Assembly (NCBI GenBank): GCA_049599475.1
Contig: JBMYOQ010000009.1
Location: forward strand, 39,829-103,828
Length of the DNA stretch: 64,000 nt
From: Opitutales bacterium
GTDB taxonomy: Bacteria; Verrucomicrobiota; Verrucomicrobiia; Opitutales; JABSRG01
Direction: 5' to 3'
The notes beneath the pieces are model-generated. The model did not search any database, had not been told where the DNA came from, and saw only the letters and a program-made list of their open reading frames with translations. This document shows positions 50,510-61,515 of this stretch, piece after piece. The stretch's first letter is position 1; each line of letters starts with the position of its first letter. The position numbers and the translations under genes were made by a program.

Positions 50510-53500
50510 ATGGAGCTTTCACCTAAGCAAACGGGAACCATCGCTTGGTTTGCCCGCAATCCAGTAGCCGCGAACTTACTGCTGGTATTGATCAGCCTAT
50601 CGGGAATTTTTTCAATTTTTTCCATAGAGAAAGAAGCTCAGCCGCAGATGCTGTTGAAGCGTATTCAAGTCATGGTTCCTTTCCCCGGGGCAACGCCTGA
50701 AGAGGTTGAACGCGGCATTTGCATCAAAATCGAGGAAGCCCTATCGGATGTTCAGGGAATCAAAGAGATAAACTCTGTGGCCAATGAAAGCCGCGGAACC
50801 GTCACGATCGAAGTGCTCGAAGATTACGACATCTTCGAAGTGCTCGATGAGGTGAATATTACGGTGAATTCTATCTTCACGTTTCCTGAGGAAGCCGAAC
50901 GGCCGATCATTACACGCGTGAAGCAGGAGGATGATATCATCGACATTCAGATATACGGAAATGTGGATGAGAAGGAGATGACACGGATCACGAAGGAGAT
51001 ACGGACGGAGCTACTGGCTCTGCCCGAGATTTCTCGGGTCGACCTGAACGATACGCGCGATTACGAGATAGCGATTGAAGTATCGGAAAATGCATTACGG
51101 GAATATGGTATCACCTTGTCTGATGTATCCAGAGCGATAAGACAGTCGTCGGTGGATTTGCCGGGCGGTTTGGTGAAGACCGAAAATTTTGACATCCGGG
51201 TGCGCACGGATGGTAAGGCCTTTACGGGCTCAGAGTTTGAGGCGATCACCCTCCTGAAGACTGAGGATGGAGGGCGTATAACCATCGGAGATATTGCGAC
51301 CGTGAATGATGGTTTTGTGGAAGACCGGAGGCACCCGACCTTTGACGGTAAACCGAGCACCAGCCTCAGTGTGTTTTCGATTGAAGGTCAAAGTGAGCTC
51401 GTCATTGCCAAAGCGGTGCGGGAATTCGTTGCAAAGAAGCAGCAGGAGCTGCCGGAAGGGATTTTTATAGAAACCTGGGCGGATGGCTCTCACTACCTGA
51501 AAGGACGCTTGAATCTCATGCTGAACAACCTTGGCTTGGGAGCTTTGCTCGTCTTGTTGTTGCTCGGGTTTTTCCTGCGACTAAAGGTGGCCTTTTGGGT
51601 GGTAGTCGGCATCCCTGTTTGTTTCTTGGGCACCTTGTGGGTGATGCCGATGTTTGGCATCTCGGTAAACATGATCAGCCTCTTTGGCTTTATCCTGGTG
51701 CTCGGCATTTTGGTCGATGACGCCATTGTCATCGGTGAAAACGTCTATTCCTATGTCGAAAAGCACGGAGCGAGTGAGGACAATGTCATTGCAGGGGCCC
51801 GACAAGTGGCTATGCCTGCAACATTCGGGGTCTTAACAACCGTTGTGGCTTTTATTCCGATGACGATGATCAGTGGGGAGTCGGGGCCGCTTTGGAAATC
51901 CGTGGGCGCTGTAGTGGTATTTGCCCTACTCTTTTCGTTGGTGGAATCAAAGTGGATCCTACCCGCTCATTTGATGAGTTTGGGTAAGGTAAAACCGAAG
52001 ACCAAGAAGGGATTTGTCACAAGAATTCAAGACAGGGTGGATGCTGTTCTCAAATGGATCATTGTTCGTCTCTATCGCCCCACGCTCGAGAAGTTGCTTG
52101 AGTTTCGATATGCGACTCTGGCGGGGTTTGTCGCCTTATTAATTGTAGCGATTGGAGCCGTATCGGGAGGCATTGTTCGCTTTGTGTTTTTCCCGAGCAT
52201 TCCGAGTGATTTTATCTTCGGTAGTGTTCAGATGCAGAGCGGTGTCGCCTTTTCAGATCTGAGAGGCGCGGTCGATAAGATGGAGAGTGCTCTGGCGGAA
52301 TTGGATGTCGAGATTGAGGAAGACACTGGTGATCGTTTGGTGAAACACACACGCTCTTGGCTCAATAGCCGGAGCTCGGGGTTTATGTTTGTAGAGCTCA
52401 ATCCCTCGGAGACGCGGAATCTGGATGCTGGACAGCTCAGCCGTATGTGGAGTGAGCGTGTTGGCCGGCTCCCAGGAGTTGAAAACATGAACATAGGGGG
52501 TAATGCGGGAGGTGCTTCAGTGGGCTTGAATTTGGTGAGTAAAGACCTGGAGGTTCTAGAGGAGGTCGCAGATCAGATTACCGATAAGCTTCTTACGTAT
52601 GAAGGCGTATTCAATGTCAGGAGTAGCTTGAGCGACGGCCCACCGGAAGTGATTTTGGAGATTAAACCGGAGGCAGAAGCGATGGGGCTTTCGCTAGCAG
52701 ATGTCGCATCCCAGGCGCGTGCCGCGTTTTATGGAATAGAGGCGCAACGCGTCCAGCGGGGAGAGGATGAGGTGAAGGTGATGGTGCGCTACCCAATCGA
52801 GGAGCGTTCAAAGTTGGAAAGCTTGGAGACGATGTACTTTCGGACGCCTGATGGTCGCGAGTTGCCGTTTTCGGCGGTTGCCGCGTTTGACTACGATACG
52901 GGCTATAATTCGATCCGTCGCTACAACGGCATGCGGGCGGTTTCGATCAACGCCTCGGTGGATCGAGCGATTGTGGAGCCCGGTAAGATAACAGGTGAGG
53001 TGCGCACCTATTTCGAAGAGGAGCTCAAGCCTCGTTATCCGGGGGTCGATTACCGCTTGACGGGTCAGAGTTTGGAGGAAGAGGAGGCCTTGAATGATTT
53101 GATGATGGGCCTAGGTGTCGCGCTTTTGGTGATCTACGCCTTGATGGCTATTCCGCTAAAGTCCTATGTCCAGCCGCTCTTCATTATGTCGGTCATTCCT
53201 TTTGGTTTCATTGGCGCTGCCGTGGGGCACTGGTTACTGGGGCTGCCGATCAGCATATTGTCCCTGTGTGGATTGATCGCCTTGGCGGGGGTTGTGGTGA
53301 ATGACAGCTTGATAATGGTGGATTTCGTAAACCAAGGGGTGCGCTCAGGGCTGTCTGTTCCAGAGGCCGCGCGTGATGCGGGTATCCGGCGCTTCCGGGC
53401 TATCCTGCTGACTTCGCTCACGACCTTCATTGGACTGATCCCGATCATTTCGGAAAACAGTATGCAGGCGCAAATGGTGATTCCGATGGCGGTGACTTTG

Positions 53501-53647
53501 GCCTTTGGAATTCTGTTTTCAACGGGTGTGACTTTGTTGCTGATCCCGACCCTCTATTTGATCTCAAACGATATCAAGGGCCTCGTTTCGAAGTTTATTG
53601 ATCTGATTTTCGACAGACCCTCTGCGGACTTAAATCCTCAGGTCTAA
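50510..53647 (+). CDS. RND efflux permease (AcrB/AcrD/AcrF family)
   Basis: NPVAANLL, GILVDDAIVIGEN, GVVVNDSL, RFRAILLTSLTT; 1045 aa. Confidence 0.96.
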   Translation: MELSPKQTGTIAWFARNPVAANLLLVLISLSGIFSIFSIEKEAQPQMLLKRIQVMVPFPGATPEEVERGICIKIEEALSDVQGIKEINSVANESRGTVTIEVLEDYDIFEVLDEVNITVNSIFTFPEEAERPIITRVKQEDDIIDIQIYGNVDEKEMTRITKEIRTELLALPEISRVDLNDTRDYEIAIEVSENALREYGITLSDVSRAIRQSSVDLPGGLVKTENFDIRVRTDGKAFTGSEFEAITLLKTEDGGRITIGDIATVNDGFVEDRRHPTFDGKPSTSLSVFSIEGQSELVIAKAVREFVAKKQQELPEGIFIETWADGSHYLKGRLNLMLNNLGLGALLVLLLLGFFLRLKVAFWVVVGIPVCFLGTLWVMPMFGISVNMISLFGFILVLGILVDDAIVIGENVYSYVEKHGASEDNVIAGARQVAMPATFGVLTTVVAFIPMTMISGESGPLWKSVGAVVVFALLFSLVESKWILPAHLMSLGKVKPKTKKGFVTRIQDRVDAVLKWIIVRLYRPTLEKLLEFRYATLAGFVALLIVAIGAVSGGIVRFVFFPSIPSDFIFGSVQMQSGVAFSDLRGAVDKMESALAELDVEIEEDTGDRLVKHTRSWLNSRSSGFMFVELNPSETRNLDAGQLSRMWSERVGRLPGVENMNIGGNAGGASVGLNLVSKDLEVLEEVADQITDKLLTYEGVFNVRSSLSDGPPEVILEIKPEAEAMGLSLADVASQARAAFYGIEAQRVQRGEDEVKVMVRYPIEERSKLESLETMYFRTPDGRELPFSAVAAFDYDTGYNSIRRYNGMRAVSINASVDRAIVEPGKITGEVRTYFEEELKPRYPGVDYRLTGQSLEEEEALNDLMMGLGVALLVIYALMAIPLKSYVQPLFIMSVIPFGFIGAAVGHWLLGLPISILSLCGLIALAGVVVNDSLIMVDFVNQGVRSGLSVPEAARDAGIRRFRAILLTSLTTFIGLIPIISENSMQAQMVIPMAVTLAFGILFSTGVTLLLIPTLYLISNDIKGLVSKFIDLIFDRPSADLNPQV

Positions 53648-53694
53648 CACATCTCCCTTGATCATTGGGCCGGGGTGCCGATTATTCTCTCGCT

Positions 53695-54246
53695 ATGGGA
53701 GATAAGCCAATCATTCCGATTCCAGATCGATTCCAGATTTTCCATGACCGAGATAAAATGGTCATTCGTCGCAAGTGGTTTGGGCCACATGTGTTTTTTC
53801 TGATACCCTTCACCCTCTTTTGGGATGGCTTTATGGTGTTTTGGTTTTACACCGCTTTCACCCAAGGGCAGTTGATGATGGCCGCATTTGGCTCAATTCA
53901 CGCCATGGTTGGGATAGGGCTTACTTACTTCGTGATCTGTAGTTTTGCCAACGCTACAGACATTGCCGTGGATCCCAATCATGTGGAGGTGAAGATTCAC
54001 CCGTTCCCCTTTCCTGGTGGAAAGAAGATTCGAACAAGCGACATCACTCAGCTGTATTGTGATGAGCGTATCTCTCACAACAAGAACGGCACTTCGGTCA
54101 GCTACACGGTCAAAATCATCGACCAGGGTGGAAAATACACAAAATTGGTCTCCGGACTGAAGGAAGCCGAGGAAGCCAAATTTATTGAAAACAAGATAGA
54201 GTCTATCTTAGGAATTGAGAACCAACCCGTTGCCGGCGAAATTTAA
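53695..54246 (+). CDS. Hypothetical two-TM protein with PH-like C-terminal domain
   Basis: FTLFWDGFMVFWF...HAMVGIGL..., followed by a beta-rich region. Confidence 0.75.
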   Translation: MGDKPIIPIPDRFQIFHDRDKMVIRRKWFGPHVFFLIPFTLFWDGFMVFWFYTAFTQGQLMMAAFGSIHAMVGIGLTYFVICSFANATDIAVDPNHVEVKIHPFPFPGGKKIRTSDITQLYCDERISHNKNGTSVSYTVKIIDQGGKYTKLVSGLKEAEEAKFIENKIESILGIENQPVAGEI

Positions 54247-54267
54247 CCTCAACACCTCCACAGCCCG

Positions 54268-54681
54268 ATGGTATCGATACATGTAAAATACGAAGGCGAG
54301 CTTCACTGCGAAGCGACCCATGGCCCCTCCAAGAACACTTTGAGCACAGATGCGCCTGTCGACAATAAGGGACGCGGAGAGACCTTCTCCCCTACGGATC
54401 TCGTCGCGACGGGGCTAGCCACCTGTATGGCCACAATTATGGGGCAACAAGCCGACACCCTGGGGATCGATATCTCTGGGATGGCACTGGATGTCGATAA
54501 GGTGATGTCTACAGAGCGTCCTCGCAGAATCGTGGCGCTTCCAGTGCGGATTAAAATGCCTATTCCTTTTGATGAAAAGACGGCTAAAATGATGGATCGA
54601 GCCGCGCACACCTGCCCGGTGCACCACAGTATACATCCAGATATTGAGGTAGACGTATCCTTTACTTGGTCGGATTCTTAG
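54268..54681 (+). CDS. OsmC-family protein
   Basis: TDAPVDNKGRGETFSPTDL...C...TCPVHHSI. Confidence 0.93.
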   Translation: MVSIHVKYEGELHCEATHGPSKNTLSTDAPVDNKGRGETFSPTDLVATGLATCMATIMGQQADTLGIDISGMALDVDKVMSTERPRRIVALPVRIKMPIPFDEKTAKMMDRAAHTCPVHHSIHPDIEVDVSFTWSDS

Positions 54682-54696
54682 ACAGCCCCGCCCGCA

Positions 54697-57633
54697 ATGC
54701 CATCCAGCCATTACCATGCTGCGAGTGCCCAAGAGGCATTGGAGTGTGGCATTTTGCCTTGGTTACAGGCTAAGACCGCAGAATGGAGCGGCGAACGTAT
54801 AGCGGTCTTGGCGCCGGCTGCCTACACGGGGCATTGGATAAAGTTCGAAGCTGCCAAGCGGGGGATAGCCCTAGTCGGTATTGATTTCCTGACACCTGGG
54901 CGTATCCGCGCGGAATTGGGTCGAAGCCCATCACATGCTTTCAATGAGGCACCCCGCTTGGATTTAGCGGAATTTGCCCTCATACATGCAAAAGCGTTTC
55001 AATCAAAGTATCCAAATTACCAGGACATAAGCTCAATACATGAAGCTTATTCAATCCTGGATGCTAGCGAGAGCGCCCATATGGATGTCGAAGGCGATGT
55101 GTTTTTCGAATACATACAAGCGTTTGATCAAGCTGTGAAATCGACAGGGTTTGAGACCGCGCCATCCAGTGATCGCAGGCTCTTTGGGCTGGCTACTCAG
55201 GAGCAGGGTGAAACCCTCTGGGAGGATATTCTGGTATATGGATTTGGGCCGACGGATCTCTCTGTTTATGCGGTTTTGAGGTCTTTAGAATTCTTTTCGA
55301 ATTCTATGACATTCATCCAGTGGGAGCCATTTGATGCACGCTTTAGTGAGCTTTGGATGAACTCTTGGGAAGCCCGACTTGGGATTGCGGAGCCCCTACC
55401 CGCGGCGGAGCCTAGTGCCACGAGTCTTCAGGTAGCCACAGAGCTCTTGCTGGACGCCTCTGGATTCTTTGGAGGTGATATCACAGAGCCGATCAGTGTT
55501 TTCCAGACTCCCGATTCGCGCGCTCTTTTGGTTCACCTTCTGGAGTCCTTGGAGGGGATTCTAGAGCGTGCACCTAATGCCAGAATTGCGCTCCTTTACC
55601 AAAGCCTCAGTCCTGAGCTGTCGTGGGTTTTGCAGAGTCTCGAGCGAGCCGGTGTTCCTGTTTGTATTCGATCAGGCAAGACACCTGCGTCGTGGGAATT
55701 ATCTGAAGCTCTCGGGTTGTGGTTAGTGTTTCAGAAAACTGGGAGCTTGGATGACTTCGTGAATTTCGCTCGAATGCTGCATCAGGAAGATGGTCTGAAC
55801 AGCAAGCTTTTGGAATCGATTCTCCGTGCGTTGGACAAGGCTTTTTCGGAGCTGCAACTTGCGGATTTTAAGGTGTTACATGAATGGGTGCGCACCGTTT
55901 CTGGCGATCCCCATGTAAGTGGCTTTCTTGACCACTGGGGGCTCCTGGAGGAAGAGGACTCGGCTGAGCTCTTTTTGGAAGATGTGTCCTCGCGATTTGA
56001 TGACGCTGCCTTGGAGGGTTTCTTCGTGTCGGCATCCGCGCGAATAGTGGCTTTAGGGAGCGATTACCAGGAGGTGCATAGAGCTCTCTTTTTTGAGTGG
56101 CTGAGCGCTCTATATGAGGGCATGGCGTCCAGATTGGAGCCTGATCATGAGCGTATCTATAGCCCGTTCCAGGCGGTCACTCTGAAGGAGGCGGTGCGCG
56201 AATCGTGGACTCATGTATGCGTGCTGGATGGCTCTCATCAACATTGGAATTCTGACCGCCGCGCGAATCCGTGGATCTCCGAGGAAGTCGCCAAACAGCT
56301 AAACCGCCGGTGTATGGAGCCGAGTGAAAGCGGGACCGGAGAGTGGGTCTTGAGGGGTGGGCGTATTCCCTACACGGCTCCAGCTGATGAGCGTTGGTCT
56401 GTCCAGTGCTTGCTCTATATGCTGTTCCGCCAGGAATTGGAGGAGGTAAACATCTATTTCTCTCCAAATGATCCCTTGGATTCTCGTGCGAAACGCTCGC
56501 TCGCCGAATGGGTTGATGTCTGGGTGAAGAAGATGAAGTTAGACATACGCACCCTGGAAAGTTGCAGACGTATCGATTTTAAAGATACGGAAGCCGAGGT
56601 CGATTTAGATTCCGTAAGAGAGGCTACAGAGGCGAGATATGATGTTTCCCAGCCATTTGGAAAGTTCGATTTCTCGGCGCCTGGTTGTCAGGATATTCCA
56701 CGACAACTGGCAGTGAAGAACATTGAGTATACCTTGCGCGATCCTGCGGCGCACTGGTATCTGAGTGTGCTCAGTTTGAGTCCGAGGCAGGGATATCGCG
56801 AGCGCTTGGTGCGTGCTTTATCTGAAGGCTCACGTCTCCACAGGTGGCTACAATGGGAACCGGAAAACGGAGAGCAGAATGCAGGGATGCCGGATCCAGA
56901 ATTCTCAGGCATCCCGCATCGAGCCGAGTGGGAAGGGCAAATTGCGAAGCGTGCAGATGCGGATTTGGGCGCAGCAGAATGGGTGTTTCAGCAGTGCGAA
57001 ATGAGTGTGCCTGATTGGTGGAAGCACCAATGGAGAATTCAACGCACTCAAGTGCGCGATGTCTTGGATACTTTCTATCTGCTCAGTGAGGATACGGCAT
57101 CGGCGCACGCTGCTTTCGAAATACCGTTACCCCCGGGAGTTCGGATGGGAATCGAATCTAAGAAGCCGGTGATCTTGTCGGGTAGGATGGATGTATTGCT
57201 CTCCACGGGAGATGCGGCACTGGTGCCGGGGCGGAATCAAGATGCTAAACGGGCGTTTAGGGTCCTTGATTTTAAATCGGGGAACCGGACCGTGCCGACT
57301 GCGAAGCAAATGGCTCGAGGCGAGAGCCTGCAGCTCCTTCTATACGCGCGAGCCTTGTGGGAGATGGGCTCTCGAAACATTGCGATTGGTATTATTTCAA
57401 GAAATACCTCTAAAGCGAAGTGGCTGGAGATTGATTTTAGTCAGGCGAACTATGAACCGCTTATTCAAATCATTCTTCGCATGGTTCACACGCGCACCTA
57501 TGGTTACCGGCCAGGTCTCGCGAATGTCTTTGGTTTTCAAGAACCCAGACCGATCAGCTTTACGGATTTACCGGAGACTGTTATCGAGGCGCGTTGGCAG
57601 CTCACCCATCCGGAATGGGAGGAGATCGTGTAA
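54697..57633 (+). CDS. addB: AddB/RexB-like subunit (inactive helicase scaffold + PD-(D/E)xK nuclease)
   Basis: GRMDVLL...VLDFKSG...LQLLLYA; coupled to the downstream helicase. Confidence 0.75.
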   Translation: MPSSHYHAASAQEALECGILPWLQAKTAEWSGERIAVLAPAAYTGHWIKFEAAKRGIALVGIDFLTPGRIRAELGRSPSHAFNEAPRLDLAEFALIHAKAFQSKYPNYQDISSIHEAYSILDASESAHMDVEGDVFFEYIQAFDQAVKSTGFETAPSSDRRLFGLATQEQGETLWEDILVYGFGPTDLSVYAVLRSLEFFSNSMTFIQWEPFDARFSELWMNSWEARLGIAEPLPAAEPSATSLQVATELLLDASGFFGGDITEPISVFQTPDSRALLVHLLESLEGILERAPNARIALLYQSLSPELSWVLQSLERAGVPVCIRSGKTPASWELSEALGLWLVFQKTGSLDDFVNFARMLHQEDGLNSKLLESILRALDKAFSELQLADFKVLHEWVRTVSGDPHVSGFLDHWGLLEEEDSAELFLEDVSSRFDDAALEGFFVSASARIVALGSDYQEVHRALFFEWLSALYEGMASRLEPDHERIYSPFQAVTLKEAVRESWTHVCVLDGSHQHWNSDRRANPWISEEVAKQLNRRCMEPSESGTGEWVLRGGRIPYTAPADERWSVQCLLYMLFRQELEEVNIYFSPNDPLDSRAKRSLAEWVDVWVKKMKLDIRTLESCRRIDFKDTEAEVDLDSVREATEARYDVSQPFGKFDFSAPGCQDIPRQLAVKNIEYTLRDPAAHWYLSVLSLSPRQGYRERLVRALSEGSRLHRWLQWEPENGEQNAGMPDPEFSGIPHRAEWEGQIAKRADADLGAAEWVFQQCEMSVPDWWKHQWRIQRTQVRDVLDTFYLLSEDTASAHAAFEIPLPPGVRMGIESKKPVILSGRMDVLLSTGDAALVPGRNQDAKRAFRVLDFKSGNRTVPTAKQMARGESLQLLLYARALWEMGSRNIAIGIISRNTSKAKWLEIDFSQANYEPLIQIILRMVHTRTYGYRPGLANVFGFQEPRPISFTDLPETVIEARWQLTHPEWEEIV

Positions 57634-60600
57634 TGAGTAGCACGCTTCAGGACCAAGAACAGCGCGATGCCTTCATTCAGAATATTCGCGGTAGCTATTC
57701 GGTAATCGCACCAGCGGGTGTCGGTAAAACGGAGTCTATTATACGCCGGATTGCTCATCTGGCCCTACTCCCGCGCATCGATCCAAACTTCAAGCTGAGT
57801 CAGTTGGTAGTGGTTACTTATACCAAAGCCGCCGCGAGTGAGATGCAGGAACGGGCTCGGCAGAGGCTGGTCGAGGAGGGGCACACCGCGGATATCATGG
57901 CCCAGTTCAACCAGGGCTTTTTTGGCACGATCCATAGCTTCTGTGATGGAATTGCTCGGGAATGGGGACCGCGCATGGGGTTGCGTAGCGATTTTGAAAT
58001 TGAGACTGATAATGAGGCTCTGTTTGTGGAGTTTATGCGGTCTGAGAAAGACCTTATGGGTCTCATGCCGGAGGCTTGGCGTGGACCTTTTAGCCGCTTG
58101 GTCGACGTGTGGAAAGTCTTGGAATGCCTAAAGAACCCGGAGCCTTTAGAGAAAGTCCGCGAGCAGATAGAGCCGGGGCAGCTTCCGGATGTCGATCTCG
58201 ACTCGCTGATGAATGCCAAGTTGAAACGGGCTTCGGCGAATTTGGATCGCTACAAGGACACTATTCGCGACTGGATGCATCAGTGGACTGAGGCGGGAGA
58301 GTATGTAGGCTTACCCGCGGTCTATAAGAATGCTCAGATCGAGGTGGCATTCGGAGACAGTTTTGGTGAATTATTCGAATGGGTTTCGCAAGCGGCGATT
58401 TATTGGCTCCTTCAGGTAGATGAAGCCTTTTTTGAATATCGGTGCAAGGTGGGGCGTCTTTATTTTTCGGATACGGTTCGTGTTGTGAATCGGTTGTTGG
58501 CGGATGAGAGTCTTTCCGAGATTTTGTATTCGAAAAATTATTATGTGATATTGGATGAAGCCCAAGATACGGATCCGGCACAGTTTCGAATGTTGCTGGG
58601 GATGTGCGGTGTATTCGGTTTAGAATCGTCGAATCTTCGAGTTCGAGATGCGAATGCCTTTGCGCGAGGCCGTTGGTGTATGGTCGGGGACTTTCAGCAG
58701 TCAATATACAAGAGTCGGGCTGATGTTTCTCTGTATCAGAAAATTCATGAAAGCTTGGTCGATGAAGGGTTGATTGAGGGGCTTACGTTTTCAGTTACCT
58801 TCCGCTGTGATCAATCGATAGTCTCTTGGGTTAATGCGTCTATTGAGCCGGTGTTCGAAGCAGTCGAACCTGAGAATCGAATCGATTTCGTAGCCCTCAA
58901 TCCGAGGCCAAACGCTTCGGAAGGTCGCGTGCGCAAGTTGGTAATTGAGGCGGATGAATTTGAGGGAGATGTAGATGAATTTGAGGCCCAGAAAATTGCG
59001 CAAATAGTTGTTTGTGAAGGGCTTGAAGGATTTGGGGTGTCGGATTGGAATCAGGTTGCGATGCTGTGTCCCCGTAAGGCTCAGTTGACTGCGTTGGAGG
59101 CGGCCTTGGCGGATGTTGGTATCCTTGCGCAGACGCTTTCCGATAGCAGAGTTTATAGGTCCTTGCCCCAGTTTGCATGGCCAGTCGCAGTATTGAAAAT
59201 CATTTCAGACCCAGAGGATTCTTTTGAAATCGCATCGGTATTGCGTGAGCTTTTTGGAATTAGTGACGAGGCTATTTATCGCTATGTGAATGAGGCTCCG
59301 AAACTAGGCGAAAGCCTTCCAGACTCGGTATCGGTGCTTCAGATACGTAAACGGATTCCTCTAGGTGGAGAAGTTCCAGATGTATTGAATTTCCTAGTAG
59401 AACAACGTGATGCGTTTTTCAGAAAAACACATGTTTCCGCAGTCAGTGAGTTCTTTGATGAACTGAAGCTCCTCGATCGCCTAAAGATAGCCTTGCGCGG
59501 TGAGAGCGATGAAAAGCTGTCGCAGGCGATTGAGCGGGTGCGCTTGGAGGCGATTAAATTATTCGATAGCTTAGGTGCTTGGGGACGCGTAACTGAAGTT
59601 TTAGAAAATGTGTTTCTGCAGCAGGCTGTTGAGGTCGACGAGCCAAAATCGGGGCACGTCCAGCTGTTGACCTGTCATAAAAGTAAAGGCCTTCAGTGGG
59701 ATGTGGTGATACTCCCCTATTTATGGCGCGGTATATCGAAGCCACAGGAGGCTTATCCGTCTCTAGTGGGGCTACAGAAACCATCCAAAGTCGCGTTTCT
59801 GGCATCATCCTCGGATCCGGGGAAATCGATTATTCGCCAAAGGGATATTGAGGCGGTCAACGAGTTGAGGCGCTTGCTGTATGTGGCGGCGACACGAGCT
59901 AAGAAAGCGCTCATTCTAGTCGATGACGCTGTCCTCTTTGAAAAGAAAGCGCGTGGGCTGACAAGCTTTGGGCGTCTGCTGACAACGTCGACTCGAGATC
60001 CTTTTTCAGATCTCGAGCTTATACAGCCGTCGGAGGTGAAAGCTTCTGCCAGTGTTGTGGTTGAAGCGGGTAATGATGTCGGTGGTGAAGCGGATTTAGT
60101 CGCGACTCCCCTCGCCTTTGGTGAATATTCACATCTGAAACGGGTTCTGCCCAGCAGTCTGGGCCACGAGGTTGATTCTAGTAGCCGTGAGTTGCGTGCA
60201 GATGATGCTGATGAGCAAATGACGCGCTCGAGTGCGAAAGGTGCGGAATATGGCACGTGGTGGCACGAATTCATGGAGGTCCTCTGGGCGTCTCCTTTGA
60301 ATGAAATTTCGCAGTCTCAGGATATTCAGCGTTTTCCAATATGGAATGCGTGTCCCGACCAGGAGCGGGCCCTTGCTGAGGTTTCTAAATTATTGAAGTT
60401 CTCCAGCTTGATGGAGAAAAGCTCTGAGAGTGCGCAAATCCTATGTGAGGTTCCCTTTATGTGGAGGGATCCGGCGAGTGATCAGGTTTTCGATGGCTAT
60501 GTCGATTTTGTTCTCAGGGATCCGGCTACGGGTGAGTGGTTTATTGTGGATTGGAAAACTGATGCCTTGGACGAGGCTGAAGGAATGAATCAGCTCGCAG

Positions 60601-60713
60601 AGAAATATTCTGCTCAAGTCTCTATATATAGAAAGGCTTTGGCATCTATATGGGGCGTGGAGGGTAAGGCTTATTTATATAGCACCCGCCTTGGGGAATG
60701 GATTGAAGTCTAG
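57633..60713 (+). CDS. addA: AddA-like UvrD helicase with C-terminal RecB-type nuclease
   Basis: APAGVGKT, TYTKAAASEM, TIHSF, LDEAQDT, VGDFQQSIY, HKSKGLQW, YVAATRAK, GYVD..IVDWKT..Q..IY. Confidence 0.9.
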   Translation: MSSTLQDQEQRDAFIQNIRGSYSVIAPAGVGKTESIIRRIAHLALLPRIDPNFKLSQLVVVTYTKAAASEMQERARQRLVEEGHTADIMAQFNQGFFGTIHSFCDGIAREWGPRMGLRSDFEIETDNEALFVEFMRSEKDLMGLMPEAWRGPFSRLVDVWKVLECLKNPEPLEKVREQIEPGQLPDVDLDSLMNAKLKRASANLDRYKDTIRDWMHQWTEAGEYVGLPAVYKNAQIEVAFGDSFGELFEWVSQAAIYWLLQVDEAFFEYRCKVGRLYFSDTVRVVNRLLADESLSEILYSKNYYVILDEAQDTDPAQFRMLLGMCGVFGLESSNLRVRDANAFARGRWCMVGDFQQSIYKSRADVSLYQKIHESLVDEGLIEGLTFSVTFRCDQSIVSWVNASIEPVFEAVEPENRIDFVALNPRPNASEGRVRKLVIEADEFEGDVDEFEAQKIAQIVVCEGLEGFGVSDWNQVAMLCPRKAQLTALEAALADVGILAQTLSDSRVYRSLPQFAWPVAVLKIISDPEDSFEIASVLRELFGISDEAIYRYVNEAPKLGESLPDSVSVLQIRKRIPLGGEVPDVLNFLVEQRDAFFRKTHVSAVSEFFDELKLLDRLKIALRGESDEKLSQAIERVRLEAIKLFDSLGAWGRVTEVLENVFLQQAVEVDEPKSGHVQLLTCHKSKGLQWDVVILPYLWRGISKPQEAYPSLVGLQKPSKVAFLASSSDPGKSIIRQRDIEAVNELRRLLYVAATRAKKALILVDDAVLFEKKARGLTSFGRLLTTSTRDPFSDLELIQPSEVKASASVVVEAGNDVGGEADLVATPLAFGEYSHLKRVLPSSLGHEVDSSSRELRADDADEQMTRSSAKGAEYGTWWHEFMEVLWASPLNEISQSQDIQRFPIWNACPDQERALAEVSKLLKFSSLMEKSSESAQILCEVPFMWRDPASDQVFDGYVDFVLRDPATGEWFIVDWKTDALDEAEGMNQLAEKYSAQVSIYRKALASIWGVEGKAYLYSTRLGEWIEV

Positions 60714-60781
60714 AGCGTTCTCTGGCTCAAAATCCGTATCCTTTGGCTAATCAATGTCCTTCGCGATACCCGTACACGAGT

Positions 60782-60824
60782 GTCCCCGGAAAACACGGCC
60801 TCTCAATTCGTGTTTCCCGGGGAC
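60782..60824 (-). terminator. 16-bp GC-rich hairpin between convergent genes
   Basis: GTCCCCGGAAAACACG-11nt-CGTGTTTCCCGGGGAC; the single mismatch is a G-U pair on the minus strand; no U tail. Confidence 0.5.
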
Positions 60825-60847
60825 TCGCGCTCTCTCTCAAAAGTCTC

Positions 60848-61273
60848 TTATGAACCGTATTCCATCGCGGGTGGAAGGGGTAGTGAGCGTCCGCTCTTTA
60901 CGCGGAGGTCGTTGTTTCCAAAAGATGATGCTGCAGGTGCTGGTTCGATTTTCTCTACCTGAGCTTGCGCTGCTGGAGCAGCTTCGTGCACTGCGGCTTC
61001 GATGACCTCTTCGCTGCATCCAGTAAAGCCGGCCATGAGGGATCCGAAAAGGATTGCGGCTAGGGAGCGGAAACCGGCGACACTCTTAGTGTTTTCAAAT
61101 TCTTGGCGAAGGCGCACTTCTTGGAAGCGGTGCTTCTCGAGCTCTGTTAGGCTGATGACGCGCTCTTGATCAGACAGCTCATATCGGTAGGTGCAAGGGA
61201 AGGTGCGGATGGCGCTGTTTTCCCAGTAAATTTCGGTTTGGTAAGTTTTTGATTTGTGGCAACGATTGTTCAT
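60848..61273 (-). CDS. Hypothetical protein with internal hydrophobic segment
   Basis: ORF from ATG at 61273 (track extends to 61444); segment LAAILFGSLMAGFTGC then Ala/Pro-rich tail. Confidence 0.5.
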   Translation of the reverse strand: MNNRCHKSKTYQTEIYWENSAIRTFPCTYRYELSDQERVISLTELEKHRFQEVRLRQEFENTKSVAGFRSLAAILFGSLMAGFTGCSEEVIEAAVHEAAPAAQAQVEKIEPAPAASSFGNNDLRVKSGRSLPLPPAMEYGS

Positions 61274-61515
61274 GGCAGGTGACTTGGCAGTTCTTGTTTT
61301 GTTGATGGGAGCATAATAGCTCATCCTGCCCTGTGTCCCCATCCGTGGGACTGCGTAATTGACTGCGTAAAATCCCGTATATGGCTTTGAATGAACCCGT
61401 ATATGTGATTCTACACTCCTTAAAGCGCTGAACGACGCGCCCATTTGTCTACTTTAACCCGAATGATGCATCGGGCCGGATCGCAGTAAAGCTGCTCGGA
61501 ATGTATAATCTGGGT

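Noticed and set aside
54697..60713. Novel helicase-nuclease defence system
   Set aside because: Order, size and motifs match housekeeping AddB-AddA, located near recA.
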